NCBI GenBank assembly: GCA_004193285.1
Contig: SECP01000038.1
Location: 39,740 to 71,739 of the forward strand
Reading direction: 5' to 3'
DNA length: 32,000 bases
Source: Myxococcales bacterium
Lineage (GTDB): Bacteria > Myxococcota_A > Polyangia > Polyangiales > Polyangiaceae
Shown: piece after piece, positions 8,687-16,771 of the stretch
How positions within the stretch are numbered: the first letter of the stretch is position 1
Layout of the letters: each line of letters begins with the position of its first letter
Made by a program: the position numbers and the translations under genes
Notes under the pieces: model-generated
What the model was told of the DNA's origin: nothing
Database searches by the model: none
What the model saw: the letters and a program-made list of their open reading frames with translations, nothing else

Positions 8687-9448
8687 ATGAAAATCCAGAC
8701 ATGGGTCCTAACGATCTCGCTTTGCTCGGGGTGTGGCGCGGAGGGTCTCGACCCGGAAGCGGGGCTGAATCAGGCCGGGCAGCAGCAGAGCGCGCTCTCG
8801 AACAAGGACTTCGACGTGGGCTTCACGGGCTGCACCGAATTCGCTGGCATCGGCTTCGTGCCGGCCGAAAACGCGCGACCGCTCGTGCCCGAGCCCTACG
8901 CGCTCGCGGGCGACGCGCAGAGCGCGATCGCGGTCGTGCGGGTCGCGAGCTGCCAAGACGCGATCGTGGACGGCAAGTCGGTGGGGCCGACGCGAACCTC
9001 GCAAATCGGGATCATGCTCGCGGGCGGAGACGCCACCGCCGACATCAACAACTACACCGTGGCCTACGTGACGAACCAGGCCCGGCTGCACGCGCGCTTG
9101 CAAGGGGCGGGGCTCACGACCGACAAGAGCGACGCGATTCGGCTCCTGCTCGCGGGGACGACCCTCACCGCGACTTCGACGAACTTTCAAATCACGGGGA
9201 GTGCTGCGGTTCCGACGAGCGCGCCCACCACGTTCGTGGCGAGCTGGTGGGCGGACGGGCGGCACGGCACCGTGCAGTCCCGAACCGTGTTCCCGGACAT
9301 TCGCTTCGGTAGCGCGAGCACGACGCTCACGACCCCCAGCTCTTCCGAGCTCGGGGCGCTGCTGGACGCCACGACCCTGACCTTTCCGATTCTGGACAGC
9401 TACAACGCCTTCGCGACCGCACACCTCGAGGTGCGAATCAGCGACTGA
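8687..9448 (+). CDS. Hypothetical secreted protein / probable lipoprotein
   Basis: ATG at 8687 is preceded by a strong SD (aagaggagga) and lies 15 bp after the kinase stop. The N-terminus MKIQTWVLTISLCSGCGAEG looks like a signal peptide with a Cys. I recognise no domain. Confidence 0.72.
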   Translation: MKIQTWVLTISLCSGCGAEGLDPEAGLNQAGQQQSALSNKDFDVGFTGCTEFAGIGFVPAENARPLVPEPYALAGDAQSAIAVVRVASCQDAIVDGKSVGPTRTSQIGIMLAGGDATADINNYTVAYVTNQARLHARLQGAGLTTDKSDAIRLLLAGTTLTATSTNFQITGSAAVPTSAPTTFVASWWADGRHGTVQSRTVFPDIRFGSASTTLTTPSSSELGALLDATTLTFPILDSYNAFATAHLEVRISD

Positions 9449-9466
9449 GCTTGCGGCTCGGTGCCC

Positions 9467-10858
9467 TCAGTGCGTGCCGGCGCCGGCCTTCACGGCCGCC
9501 GGCACCGCGCTGGCCGCGTCCAGCGAGTAAGCGTAGCTCGGGGTAAAGCCCTCCCCCTGCCCGCCCGTGGTCTTCGTGCCGGTGGTAGACACGTACTGGT
9601 TCACCTTGGCGTCGGTGCCGACCGCGATGTAAGCGGTGGCCGCGTCCGAGTCGGCTTTGCCCTCGTTGTTGAACTCGTGAGGACGCGTGACGCCCTCGAA
9701 GTAGTTCGCTTCCAGCAAGACGCTAGCCTCGATGCCGGCGCGGACGCACGAGCTCGACGCCTTCGAGCTGTAGTAGTTGTTGAACAGATGGTTCCGGCCG
9801 TATCGGACGCGCGGCTGTCGCTCCACCACGCCGTCCGCCCACCAGTTGTGATGCCAGGTCACGTTCAGGGGTCGCGTACCGGGCCAGCCTTTGGGCGCGG
9901 TGTCCGAGCCGCCGACCAAGTTGCTGAAGCGATGACCAGCGGCTCCGGTGGAGTCGTCGCCGACCTCGTCCGTGCGAGGCGTGTAGGAGAACTTCGTCCA
10001 CGAGACCGTGACGAAGTCTGCTTCGTTCGTGATGTCCAGGTTGCCGTCGGTGCCGTCCATGATCGAGCAATGGTCGAACCACACGTGATGCGCGTCCCCG
10101 TTGACGCTGATCGCGTCCGCGCCCGACGAGCAGCCGACGCTGGCATCGAAGCCCGGATCCTTCTTGCAATCGCCGGCGCCGTAGCCGGAAATCTTCAAGT
10201 TGCGGAAAATCAGGTTGGCGCTTTCTTTACCGATCGCGAGGTGGCCTTGCAGACGCGCACCGGAGGAGCAACCGATGACCGTCTTGTTCGAGCCAACGTC
10301 GATGTCGTCCGGCGCGAAGTCGCCTTGGACATAGATGACCTTGGGTACGTCGTCCTTCACCGCTTCTTTGAGCTGGGCAAGCGTGGTCACGAGCACGGGC
10401 TTGGCGGACCCTCCACCCGTCGTTCCGGAGCCAGAGCTCGCCCAGCCAACCGGCTTGGGGTCGCTGGCGATGAAGCTCGGCACCGCACACGGTCCGTCCT
10501 CGTTCGTGCCGTAGCCGCCCGAGCCCGCCGTGCCAGCGCCGCCGTTGCCATTGGAGCCGCCGCTGCCCGCCGCCGAACCACCCACGCCGGAAGAGCCGGA
10601 GGCTGCGCCCGCCTGGCCGCTGGCGCCGCCGCCGACGGCCTGCCCACCCATCGCCGCACTGCCGCCGCTCGCAGGCGACCCAGCGGTGGAGCTCGTGCCG
10701 CCCGCGGCGGACCCGCCGTTGCCGCTGCCGGCGATCGCGCTGCCGGACCCGCCGCTGCCAGCGACGCCGCTCACCGGGTCGCTTGGAGCCGAGCCACAAG
10801 CTTGCCCGAACAGGGTCATCGTCACCGCTCCGAGCCATGCCCGCTTACCTCGAATCAT
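9467..10858 (-). CDS. Pectate lyase (PL1 family) with lipoprotein-type signal and Gly/Ser/Ala-rich linker
   Basis: I take the start at ATG 10858-10856 (MIRGKRAWLGAVTMTLFGQAC). After a long G/S/A linker the catalytic region reads GADAISV..HVWFDHCS..DGNLDIT..VTVSW..HRFSNLVG..VTWHHNWW..RQPRVRYG..HLFNNYY, the classic PelC/PL1 beta-helix signature. The track ORF extension to 11119 is unlikely. Confidence 0.9.
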   Translation of the reverse strand: MIRGKRAWLGAVTMTLFGQACGSAPSDPVSGVAGSGGSGSAIAGSGNGGSAAGGTSSTAGSPASGGSAAMGGQAVGGGASGQAGAASGSSGVGGSAAGSGGSNGNGGAGTAGSGGYGTNEDGPCAVPSFIASDPKPVGWASSGSGTTGGGSAKPVLVTTLAQLKEAVKDDVPKVIYVQGDFAPDDIDVGSNKTVIGCSSGARLQGHLAIGKESANLIFRNLKISGYGAGDCKKDPGFDASVGCSSGADAISVNGDAHHVWFDHCSIMDGTDGNLDITNEADFVTVSWTKFSYTPRTDEVGDDSTGAAGHRFSNLVGGSDTAPKGWPGTRPLNVTWHHNWWADGVVERQPRVRYGRNHLFNNYYSSKASSSCVRAGIEASVLLEANYFEGVTRPHEFNNEGKADSDAATAYIAVGTDAKVNQYVSTTGTKTTGGQGEGFTPSYAYSLDAASAVPAAVKAGAGTH

Positions 10859-11106
10859 CCCGCACTTATGTCGCGCCGTCTGACGGGGGGCCAGGGACAA
10901 TCTGTCACGGGGCAGCGTGAGCGCTCTCAGACCAGCTGGAGCCGGGGGTCCTAGCGGTGACGCTGCAGGATTCCGGACCGCGCGGCGGAAGCGAGCGGAG
11001 CTCGAGCCCCAAGCCCTTGCCTCATCGTGAGACTGGCAATCTGCTGCAGAGGGGGCGACGATGAAGGCCATTTCTTCGGGCGGTCCCGGAGAGCGAGGAG
11101 GCTGCG

Positions 11107-12138
11107 ATGCTGCGAGCAAGCGTTTTGGGAGCCGTGAGCGCTTTGGCGCTGGGATTGTCCGCGAGCGTGGCGCATGGCGCGACGCTCAGGGTGCCAGCGC
11201 AGTACACGACGATTCAGGCCGCGGTGGACGCGGCCGCGCCCGGAGATCGGATCGTGGTGCACCGAGGGCGCTACTGCGGCGCGACGCTGACCAAGCCGGT
11301 AGTGCTGGTGGGCCGCGGCCAGCCGCGAGTGATCGGTTGCGCGACGAGCCCGCAAGTAACGACCGGGCTTCGTGCGGGGTTCTTCTTGCCGGGCAGCAAG
11401 GGCAGCAGCGCCGCGAGCGGGAGTCAGATCCGCGGCTTCGTGTTCGATGGCCGCGGCGTGTCCAGCACGAGCTTGGAGCCGCTCTCATTCGGCGTCTTCG
11501 GCCGCTTCGCGAGCGACGTGGTGGTGGAGAAGAACCGCTTTCTGGGGACGGTGCAGGCGATCACGAACACCGGCGGGGACCGCTGGCAGATCCGCAAGAA
11601 CCGCGTAAAAAAGCTGACCCTGCTGGATTGCACGGTGCGCCACTGCACGGGTGGCGACGGCATCGTGATCCAAGTGGGCCGCGGCGCGCTGGCGGCGCCG
11701 GGCGGGGACGCGGCCGCGGAGAATCGCCCCGAGGACAACGCGATCGTGGACAACCGAATCGAGGGTACGGCGCCGGACGGCTTCGCGGTCTTCTCGATGG
11801 TGGGCGTGCTCCTTCTATCGGCGGATCACACCACCGTGCTGAGCAACCGGCTCACGCTGCGTGACAACCCGCGGGCGGCCGCGGTGGGCCAAGGGATCGT
11901 GATTTCGAATACCTGCTGCGGTCTCGGCACGAGCTTCTTGCCAGGCTCCCGCTTCACCACCGTCGCCTTCAACGACGCGCGCCGCAGCGAAGCGGGCATC
12001 GTCGTGGAGGGGAGCGGCGGCGCCAACACCTTGGGCCTGCTGCTGCATCGCAATCGCGGCACCGTGACGATCGAGGGCGAGCTGGTCGCCAAAGCACTCC
12101 GCGTCATGGGCCCCGTGCGGGCGCAGCCGACGCAGTGA
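11107..12138 (+). CDS. Secreted right-handed parallel beta-helix repeat protein (NosD/pectin-lyase-fold like)
   Basis: ATG at 11107 with GGAGG about 6 nt upstream. Signal peptide MLRASVLGAVSALALGLSASVAHG|A. The N-terminal block LRVPAQYTTIQAAVDAAAPGDRIVVHRGRY is typical of beta-helix proteins, and the periodic NxI/V-rich segments fit that fold. It is divergent from the pectate lyase gene. Confidence 0.72.
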   Translation: MLRASVLGAVSALALGLSASVAHGATLRVPAQYTTIQAAVDAAAPGDRIVVHRGRYCGATLTKPVVLVGRGQPRVIGCATSPQVTTGLRAGFFLPGSKGSSAASGSQIRGFVFDGRGVSSTSLEPLSFGVFGRFASDVVVEKNRFLGTVQAITNTGGDRWQIRKNRVKKLTLLDCTVRHCTGGDGIVIQVGRGALAAPGGDAAAENRPEDNAIVDNRIEGTAPDGFAVFSMVGVLLLSADHTTVLSNRLTLRDNPRAAAVGQGIVISNTCCGLGTSFLPGSRFTTVAFNDARRSEAGIVVEGSGGANTLGLLLHRNRGTVTIEGELVAKALRVMGPVRAQPTQ

Positions 12139-12145
12139 GGGTTCG

Positions 12146-13711
12146 CTAGCCCGGCGGCGCGAGAGACACGTTGCCGGCCGCGCGGCGCGCGTTCTTCTGC
12201 GCGTACATCGCTTCGTCGGCCTGCTCCAGGAGGTCGGTCAAGCTGGTGTGCGCGCCGACGGGCAGGTACGCCCCGCCCATGCTCATGGAGAGCCGAAACG
12301 GCCGCTTCGATGCCGCCGTTTGCTGGTCCGAGAGCTGGCGGAGGCGCTGGCGCAGCGAGCTCAAATCCAGCGGCGTGAAGTCGAGCGCGAACACGACGAA
12401 CTCGTCACCGCCGAGGCGACCGAGCACGTCCGACTCGTGGAGGGCTCGTTGCAGCACGTCCGCGGTGTCCACCAGCGCGGCGTCGCCCACGTCGTGGCCG
12501 AGCTCGTCGTTGATGCGCTTCATGCCGTTGAGGTCGACGAAGACGAGCGCGGCCGGCCGCGCGTCGCGCAGCGCAACGCTGTGGGCTTGCGCCGCTACCT
12601 CCAGGAAGCCACGACGATTGTACAAGCCGGTCAGCTCGTCGCGCAGCGCGAGGCTCTTGAGCTGCTTGGCGTAGCTGCTCAGCTTCGCCTCCGCCTCGAC
12701 GCGCTCGGTCACGTCGCGGCCCGCGAGCTGCAGCTCACAGGGGTCACCGCTTGCGTCCTTGCGCGCGACCCAGCGCACATCGAACCAGCGGTATTCGCCG
12801 GACTTGTGCCGGATCCGATAAGTCCTTTGCCCGCGGGTGGACTCACCGCGCTTCAGCTCTTCCCAGAGCGTGTCAGCCATCGCCAAATCGTCGGGGTGCC
12901 GCAAATCCAGCGGGTTTAGCGCGAGGTACTCTTCCACCGTGTAGCCGAGCAGATGCTGAACGGAGGGGCTCACGTAGGTAACCTTGCCGTCCAGGCTCAT
13001 CAGCCGCACCAAGTCACTGCCGTGCTCCGAGAGCAGGCGATAGTATTCTTCGCTGCGGGCAAGCTCCTCGGCCGTCTGCTTCAGCTCGTCGACGTCGCGC
13101 TGGACGGTCAGGAAGCTGAACAGCGCGAACAAGATGGTCATCGCCGAGCCGACGCTCACGCCCCACATCGCAGTGTGCTCCGCCCGGCTTGCGTCCGCCT
13201 TACGCCGCTGAAGTGCGTGCTCTTCGTGCTGCAGCATCCGCCGGGTCTGGGTGCGAACTTCGTCCATGAGCAGCTTGCCGCGGCCGCTGCGAATGAGCCG
13301 CATGGCGAGAGTCGTGTCGTCTCCACGGCGCAGCTCGACCGTCTCGGTCACGAACGCCAGCTTGGCTTCGATCTGCGACCTGAGCTGTTCCAAGCGCTCG
13401 TTTTGCGCCGAGTCGCCGCGCACCAGGTCGGCCAGCTTTGCGAGCGCCGATGGCAGGTCCCGGCGCGCCAACGTGTAGGGCTCCAAAAACTGGTCATCCC
13501 CGCTCAAGATGTAGCCGCGCTGCCCCGTCTCGGCGTCCTTGAGGAGCGAGAGCAAGCCGTTGATCGACGACTCCACCGCGAGCGTGCGCTCGACCGCCTC
13601 CATGGCCGCCACGTAGCGGCGACCGGAGAAGTAGGAGAGCAGCCCCACCGCTGTCACCAGGACGAAAATGATCGCCCAGCCGAGGCGCTTGGTCTTCAGG
13701 AGGGTATTCAT
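12146..13711 (-). CDS. Diguanylate cyclase with CHASE3 sensor, TM, PAS and GGDEF domains
   Basis: I take the start at ATG 13711 (MNTLLKTKRLGWAIIFVLVTAV, a TM segment). CHASE3-like LKDAETGQRGYILSGDDQFLEPY is followed by a second TM, PAS (LMSLDGKVTYVSPSVQHLLGY) and GGDEF (DELTGLYNRRGF..FVDLNGMKRINDELGH..RLGGDEFVV). Confidence 0.9.
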   Translation of the reverse strand: MNTLLKTKRLGWAIIFVLVTAVGLLSYFSGRRYVAAMEAVERTLAVESSINGLLSLLKDAETGQRGYILSGDDQFLEPYTLARRDLPSALAKLADLVRGDSAQNERLEQLRSQIEAKLAFVTETVELRRGDDTTLAMRLIRSGRGKLLMDEVRTQTRRMLQHEEHALQRRKADASRAEHTAMWGVSVGSAMTILFALFSFLTVQRDVDELKQTAEELARSEEYYRLLSEHGSDLVRLMSLDGKVTYVSPSVQHLLGYTVEEYLALNPLDLRHPDDLAMADTLWEELKRGESTRGQRTYRIRHKSGEYRWFDVRWVARKDASGDPCELQLAGRDVTERVEAEAKLSSYAKQLKSLALRDELTGLYNRRGFLEVAAQAHSVALRDARPAALVFVDLNGMKRINDELGHDVGDAALVDTADVLQRALHESDVLGRLGGDEFVVFALDFTPLDLSSLRQRLRQLSDQQTAASKRPFRLSMSMGGAYLPVGAHTSLTDLLEQADEAMYAQKNARRAAGNVSLAPPG

Positions 13712-14044
13712 GGCGTGCGCTGGGCGCAGACCAGGGCGCCAGTTCAACCAGCGTGCAGGCTAGTCGGTCCCGCTCAGCCGCGGCAATTGACTTCACAACT
13801 CCACACCGGCCCTCGGGCCGCCCGAATACGAATGCTTTAACTTACGCGACGCGCTCGAAAGTGACGCGGCCCGTCGCAGCCAAAAGCGCCTCGTTCGAGG
13901 CGAACAGCCTCGCCGGTCTCAGGATGGTTCGAACCGGTGCCAGGCGGGACTCAAATGCAGAAAGCGGCCCAAAACCGGCTTTGATGTGAGCTTCGAGAGC
14001 ACCACTCCAAGGGGTTGGAACAGCAGCTGCAAAGCGTGGCCGCG

Positions 14045-14269
14045 ATGCTTACTCGTTTGGCCCGCCCGGCCATCGCTGCTTCCTTAGCCTTCGCCTGCAC
14101 CCCGGCGACTACGGCCGCGCCACCGCCGCGGCTGGAGGCGGGGTACCTCGTCGTGAAGCCGGACGTGTCCGTGTCGCGCAACGCCCAGCCCGCGATCGCC
14201 AAGAACGTAGCGGTCGACGAGCACTCCGACGTGATGGCCGAGATTTTGGCTATCCCACCCGGCCGGTAG
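14045..14269 (+). CDS. Possible small lipoprotein (74 aa), weakly supported
   Basis: MLTRLARPAIAASLAFACTPATT... has a signal peptide plus lipobox LAFAC. There is no convincing SD. The region is otherwise intergenic. Confidence 0.3.
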   Translation: MLTRLARPAIAASLAFACTPATTAAPPPRLEAGYLVVKPDVSVSRNAQPAIAKNVAVDEHSDVMAEILAIPPGR

Positions 14270-14302
14270 CGTCTTTGCCATCGGCCGCTAACGTAGAGGT
14301 CG

Positions 14303-15946
14303 ATGCTCGAAACGCCGCTGCGAGAGCTGCCGGTCTTGATCGTCGACTGCCAGACGACGGGCGCGTCTCCGGTGCTGGGCTCGATCTTGGAGCTCGGCTG
14401 GTGCGTTGCGCGGGCCGACGGGACCGAGCCAGAGGCGGAAGCGCATTGGATCCTCCTGCCGGAGGGCGAACGCATCTCCGCTCAAGTCCGCGCGCTCACT
14501 GGCTTTCACGAAGGCGTGCTGGAGCATGCGCTTGCGCCGGAAGACGCGTGGCGTCGCTTGCGCGCGGCGTTGCCGGTGGATAGGGCGCCGAGCGCCATCC
14601 ATTTTGCCCGGTTCGAGCTGAGCTTCCTCAAGGATTGGGCCACGCGCTTCGAGCCCGACACACCATTTCCGATCGAGGCGGTGTGCGTTCACGCCATCGC
14701 GTGCCGGCTCTACCCCGACTTGCCGCGGCGAAACCTGCGCGCGTTGGCTGGTTTCCTCGGGCATGGGCTCCACCTCGAGCGACGCTCGCTGGGTCACGTC
14801 TTGGCGACTTCCTTCATCTGGCAGAAGCTCGTCAGTGAGCTCGAGGGACGCGGCATCCGCGACTGGGCGGCGCTCGGCGCCTGGCTCGCGAGCGCGGACA
14901 AGCCGGCGACTCCACGCAAGCGTCGCTACCCCATCGCACCCGCCAGCTACCGCTCGCTGCCGGATCAATCCGGCGTTTACCGCTTCTTGCGCTCCAACGG
15001 CGACGTCCTGTACGTGGGCAAGGCGACCAGCCTGAAAAAGCGCGTCTCTTCGCACTTCACCAAGCAGAGCGGCGCTACGGAGCGCGCGCTCGAGATGCTC
15101 ACCCAGGTGAGCGACATCGCCTTTACTGCGACGAGCAGCGCTTTGGAAGCCGCGCTGCTCGAGACCCAGCTGATCAAGCAGCTCGATCCGCCTTACAATG
15201 TCCAGCTCGTGCAAGGCGAGCGGGGGGTGTGGTTCGCCTCGACGGACTTCCGCAGCGCGACGACCGAACCGGATGACCAGCACCCGTTCGGTCCTCTCTC
15301 TTCGCGCTACAGCGTGCGCGCGCTCGGCGCGCTGCGCCAGCTGCTCGCGGGCGCCGAGTCGACCGCTTCGCTTCGTGCCGCAAGCGTTGGGGCGCCGGTC
15401 CGCTTCGGACCCGAGGAGCCGGCATTCTCCGCTGGCTTCGCGCTGTTCCGAGACAAGCACGGGTCGACCGACGCCCGACTGATCGCCCGGCGCATCTTGC
15501 TCGCCTCGCCCGAGGAGCCAGAGCCGGAAGCCGCTGCCGACGACGCCCCGAAGGTTTGGGATCCACCGCGCGTGTGCCGTCACCTGGAGCGGGCCTCCGC
15601 GCAAGCGTACCAAGTTTGGCGGCGCGCCGCGTGGCTGTGCCTACTGGCAGACAGCAGTATCGCGTATCGAGAGCCAGGCGCGGCGGTCACGCGGTACCTA
15701 TCGATCGGCGCGGCGGAGCTCACCACCTCCGGCGATCTCACCGCGGACGCGCCGCTACCAGCACCGGAGCGCAGCTCGCGTCGGGTCGCTCAGCGCGCAT
15801 TCGACGCCGCACGCTACGACTGGCTGCGTATCCTCACCACCGAGCTCAAGCGCATCTTGCGCGACGGCGGCGAGGTGAAGGTCCGGCTGTCACGTACACG
15901 CCTCCTCCAAGGCGCCGCCCTCGCGCGCGTACTGCGAGTCGTGTGA
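14303..15946 (+). CDS. DnaQ-like (DEDD) exonuclease domain fused to GIY-YIG (UvrC/Cho-like) nuclease domain, plus about 250-aa uncharacterised C-terminal region
   Basis: ATG at 14303 with GAGG upstream. The N-terminus has the epsilon-like fold pattern LIVDCQTTG..ILELGW..AIHFARFELSFL..GHVLATS. The middle region GVYRFLRSNGDVLYVGKATSLKKRVSSHF..ALEAALLETQLIKQLDPPYN is the GIY-YIG signature as in the UvrC N-terminus or Cho. Confidence 0.8.
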   Translation: MLETPLRELPVLIVDCQTTGASPVLGSILELGWCVARADGTEPEAEAHWILLPEGERISAQVRALTGFHEGVLEHALAPEDAWRRLRAALPVDRAPSAIHFARFELSFLKDWATRFEPDTPFPIEAVCVHAIACRLYPDLPRRNLRALAGFLGHGLHLERRSLGHVLATSFIWQKLVSELEGRGIRDWAALGAWLASADKPATPRKRRYPIAPASYRSLPDQSGVYRFLRSNGDVLYVGKATSLKKRVSSHFTKQSGATERALEMLTQVSDIAFTATSSALEAALLETQLIKQLDPPYNVQLVQGERGVWFASTDFRSATTEPDDQHPFGPLSSRYSVRALGALRQLLAGAESTASLRAASVGAPVRFGPEEPAFSAGFALFRDKHGSTDARLIARRILLASPEEPEPEAAADDAPKVWDPPRVCRHLERASAQAYQVWRRAAWLCLLADSSIAYREPGAAVTRYLSIGAAELTTSGDLTADAPLPAPERSSRRVAQRAFDAARYDWLRILTTELKRILRDGGEVKVRLSRTRLLQGAALARVLRVV

Positions 15947-16124
15947 AGCCGCCGCTGCTCAGCGGTTGCCGGCACCCAGGGCTAGCGGGGCAGCTACCGC
16001 GCGCGCCAACTCGCGCTGCGCGGTAGCTTGCCACGCGCTCACCGCCCTTGCCCGTGCTCAGCCCTTCTGAGTAGCCACCTACGCTGAGCAACTTTGGCGC
16101 TACGGAGCGCCTGTGCCTCGCATC

Positions 16125-16337
16125 TCAATGATACGGGTCGAGCAGCCCCGGCGCGTTGTTGGCCGGGTTGGCCGGAGCAGGCACGTCGCGGTACGAGAAG
16201 TAAGCTCCGGCCGCAACTCCTGCGGCCGAAACTACGAACAGTACCGCCGCGATCCACGAGCGGCGCGTCCGGTCTGCATTGATTTCACGAAGCCCTTCTT
16301 CGGGACTGAAGTCGGATACGTGGGTTGCATGAGCCAT
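16125..16337 (-). CDS. Small single-pass membrane protein (70 aa), hypothetical
   Basis: The ATG (16337-16335) is preceded by an excellent SD, GGAGGTGA (complement of 16341-16348). It has one hydrophobic helix (WIAAVLFVVSAAGVAAGAYF). Confidence 0.55.
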   Translation of the reverse strand: MAHATHVSDFSPEEGLREINADRTRRSWIAAVLFVVSAAGVAAGAYFSYRDVPAPANPANNAPGLLDPYH

Positions 16338-16493
16338 ACGTCACCTCCGCTTCCACAACGTGCATCGCGCATGCCCAATTCCCGCGCACTCCGACCGCTC
16401 CATGTGACCCTCCCGAATGTGCGGTAGCTCGATTTGCAGCCTATGCGGAAACGGCGCCGCGAACCAAAGCCGCTCGCTCGCGGAAGCCACTGT

Positions 16494-16659
16494 CCTCGGC
16501 TCGATCCCTTCTTCGGATCCGAAGGATCAACGCCCGCTCAACTCCAGGCGACACGGAACGAAAGCTCGGCGCGTCACCGCGTCGGGTTCCTCAGCGATGG
16601 CGATGGCGGAGTTGATGCCTCCTCGGCTCGATCCCTTCTTCGGATCCGTGGATCCGAAG
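16494..16659. repeat. Two copies (127-bp spacing) of an element carrying the palindrome CTTCGGATCCGAAG
   Basis: cctcggctcgatcccttcttcggatccg occurs at 16494-16521 and 16621-16648. The first has the perfect 14-bp palindrome (16511-16524). The second has CTTCGGATCC-GT-GGATCCGAAG (16638-16659). The same palindrome anchors the array at 29.0-30.0 kb. Confidence 0.9.
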
Positions 16660-16771
16660 GATGAACCCCGCTCCCACGCTCCGTGTCCGTGTCTCGAAGC
16701 GTTCAGGCCCCAGCCGCACTCGGTTTGCGCATCGCCACGCTACTGCCAGCCGCGCTTTTCCTGCCGTGCCC

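Noticed and set aside
9461-10954. 497-aa + strand ORF and other ORFs opposite the pectate lyase gene
   Set aside because: It lies antisense to a gene with unmistakable PL1 motifs. It has no domains and a skewed Arg/Ala composition.
13920-13950. tRNA-like GGTTCGAACC box (ggatggttcgaaccggtgcc)
   Set aside because: The flanks do not form a T-stem, an acceptor stem or any cloverleaf. It is a chance resemblance to the T-loop.
14288-15613. 441-aa minus-strand ORF opposite the Exo/GIY-YIG gene
   Set aside because: It is an antisense shadow ORF. The + strand product has clear GIY-YIG and DnaQ-like blocks.
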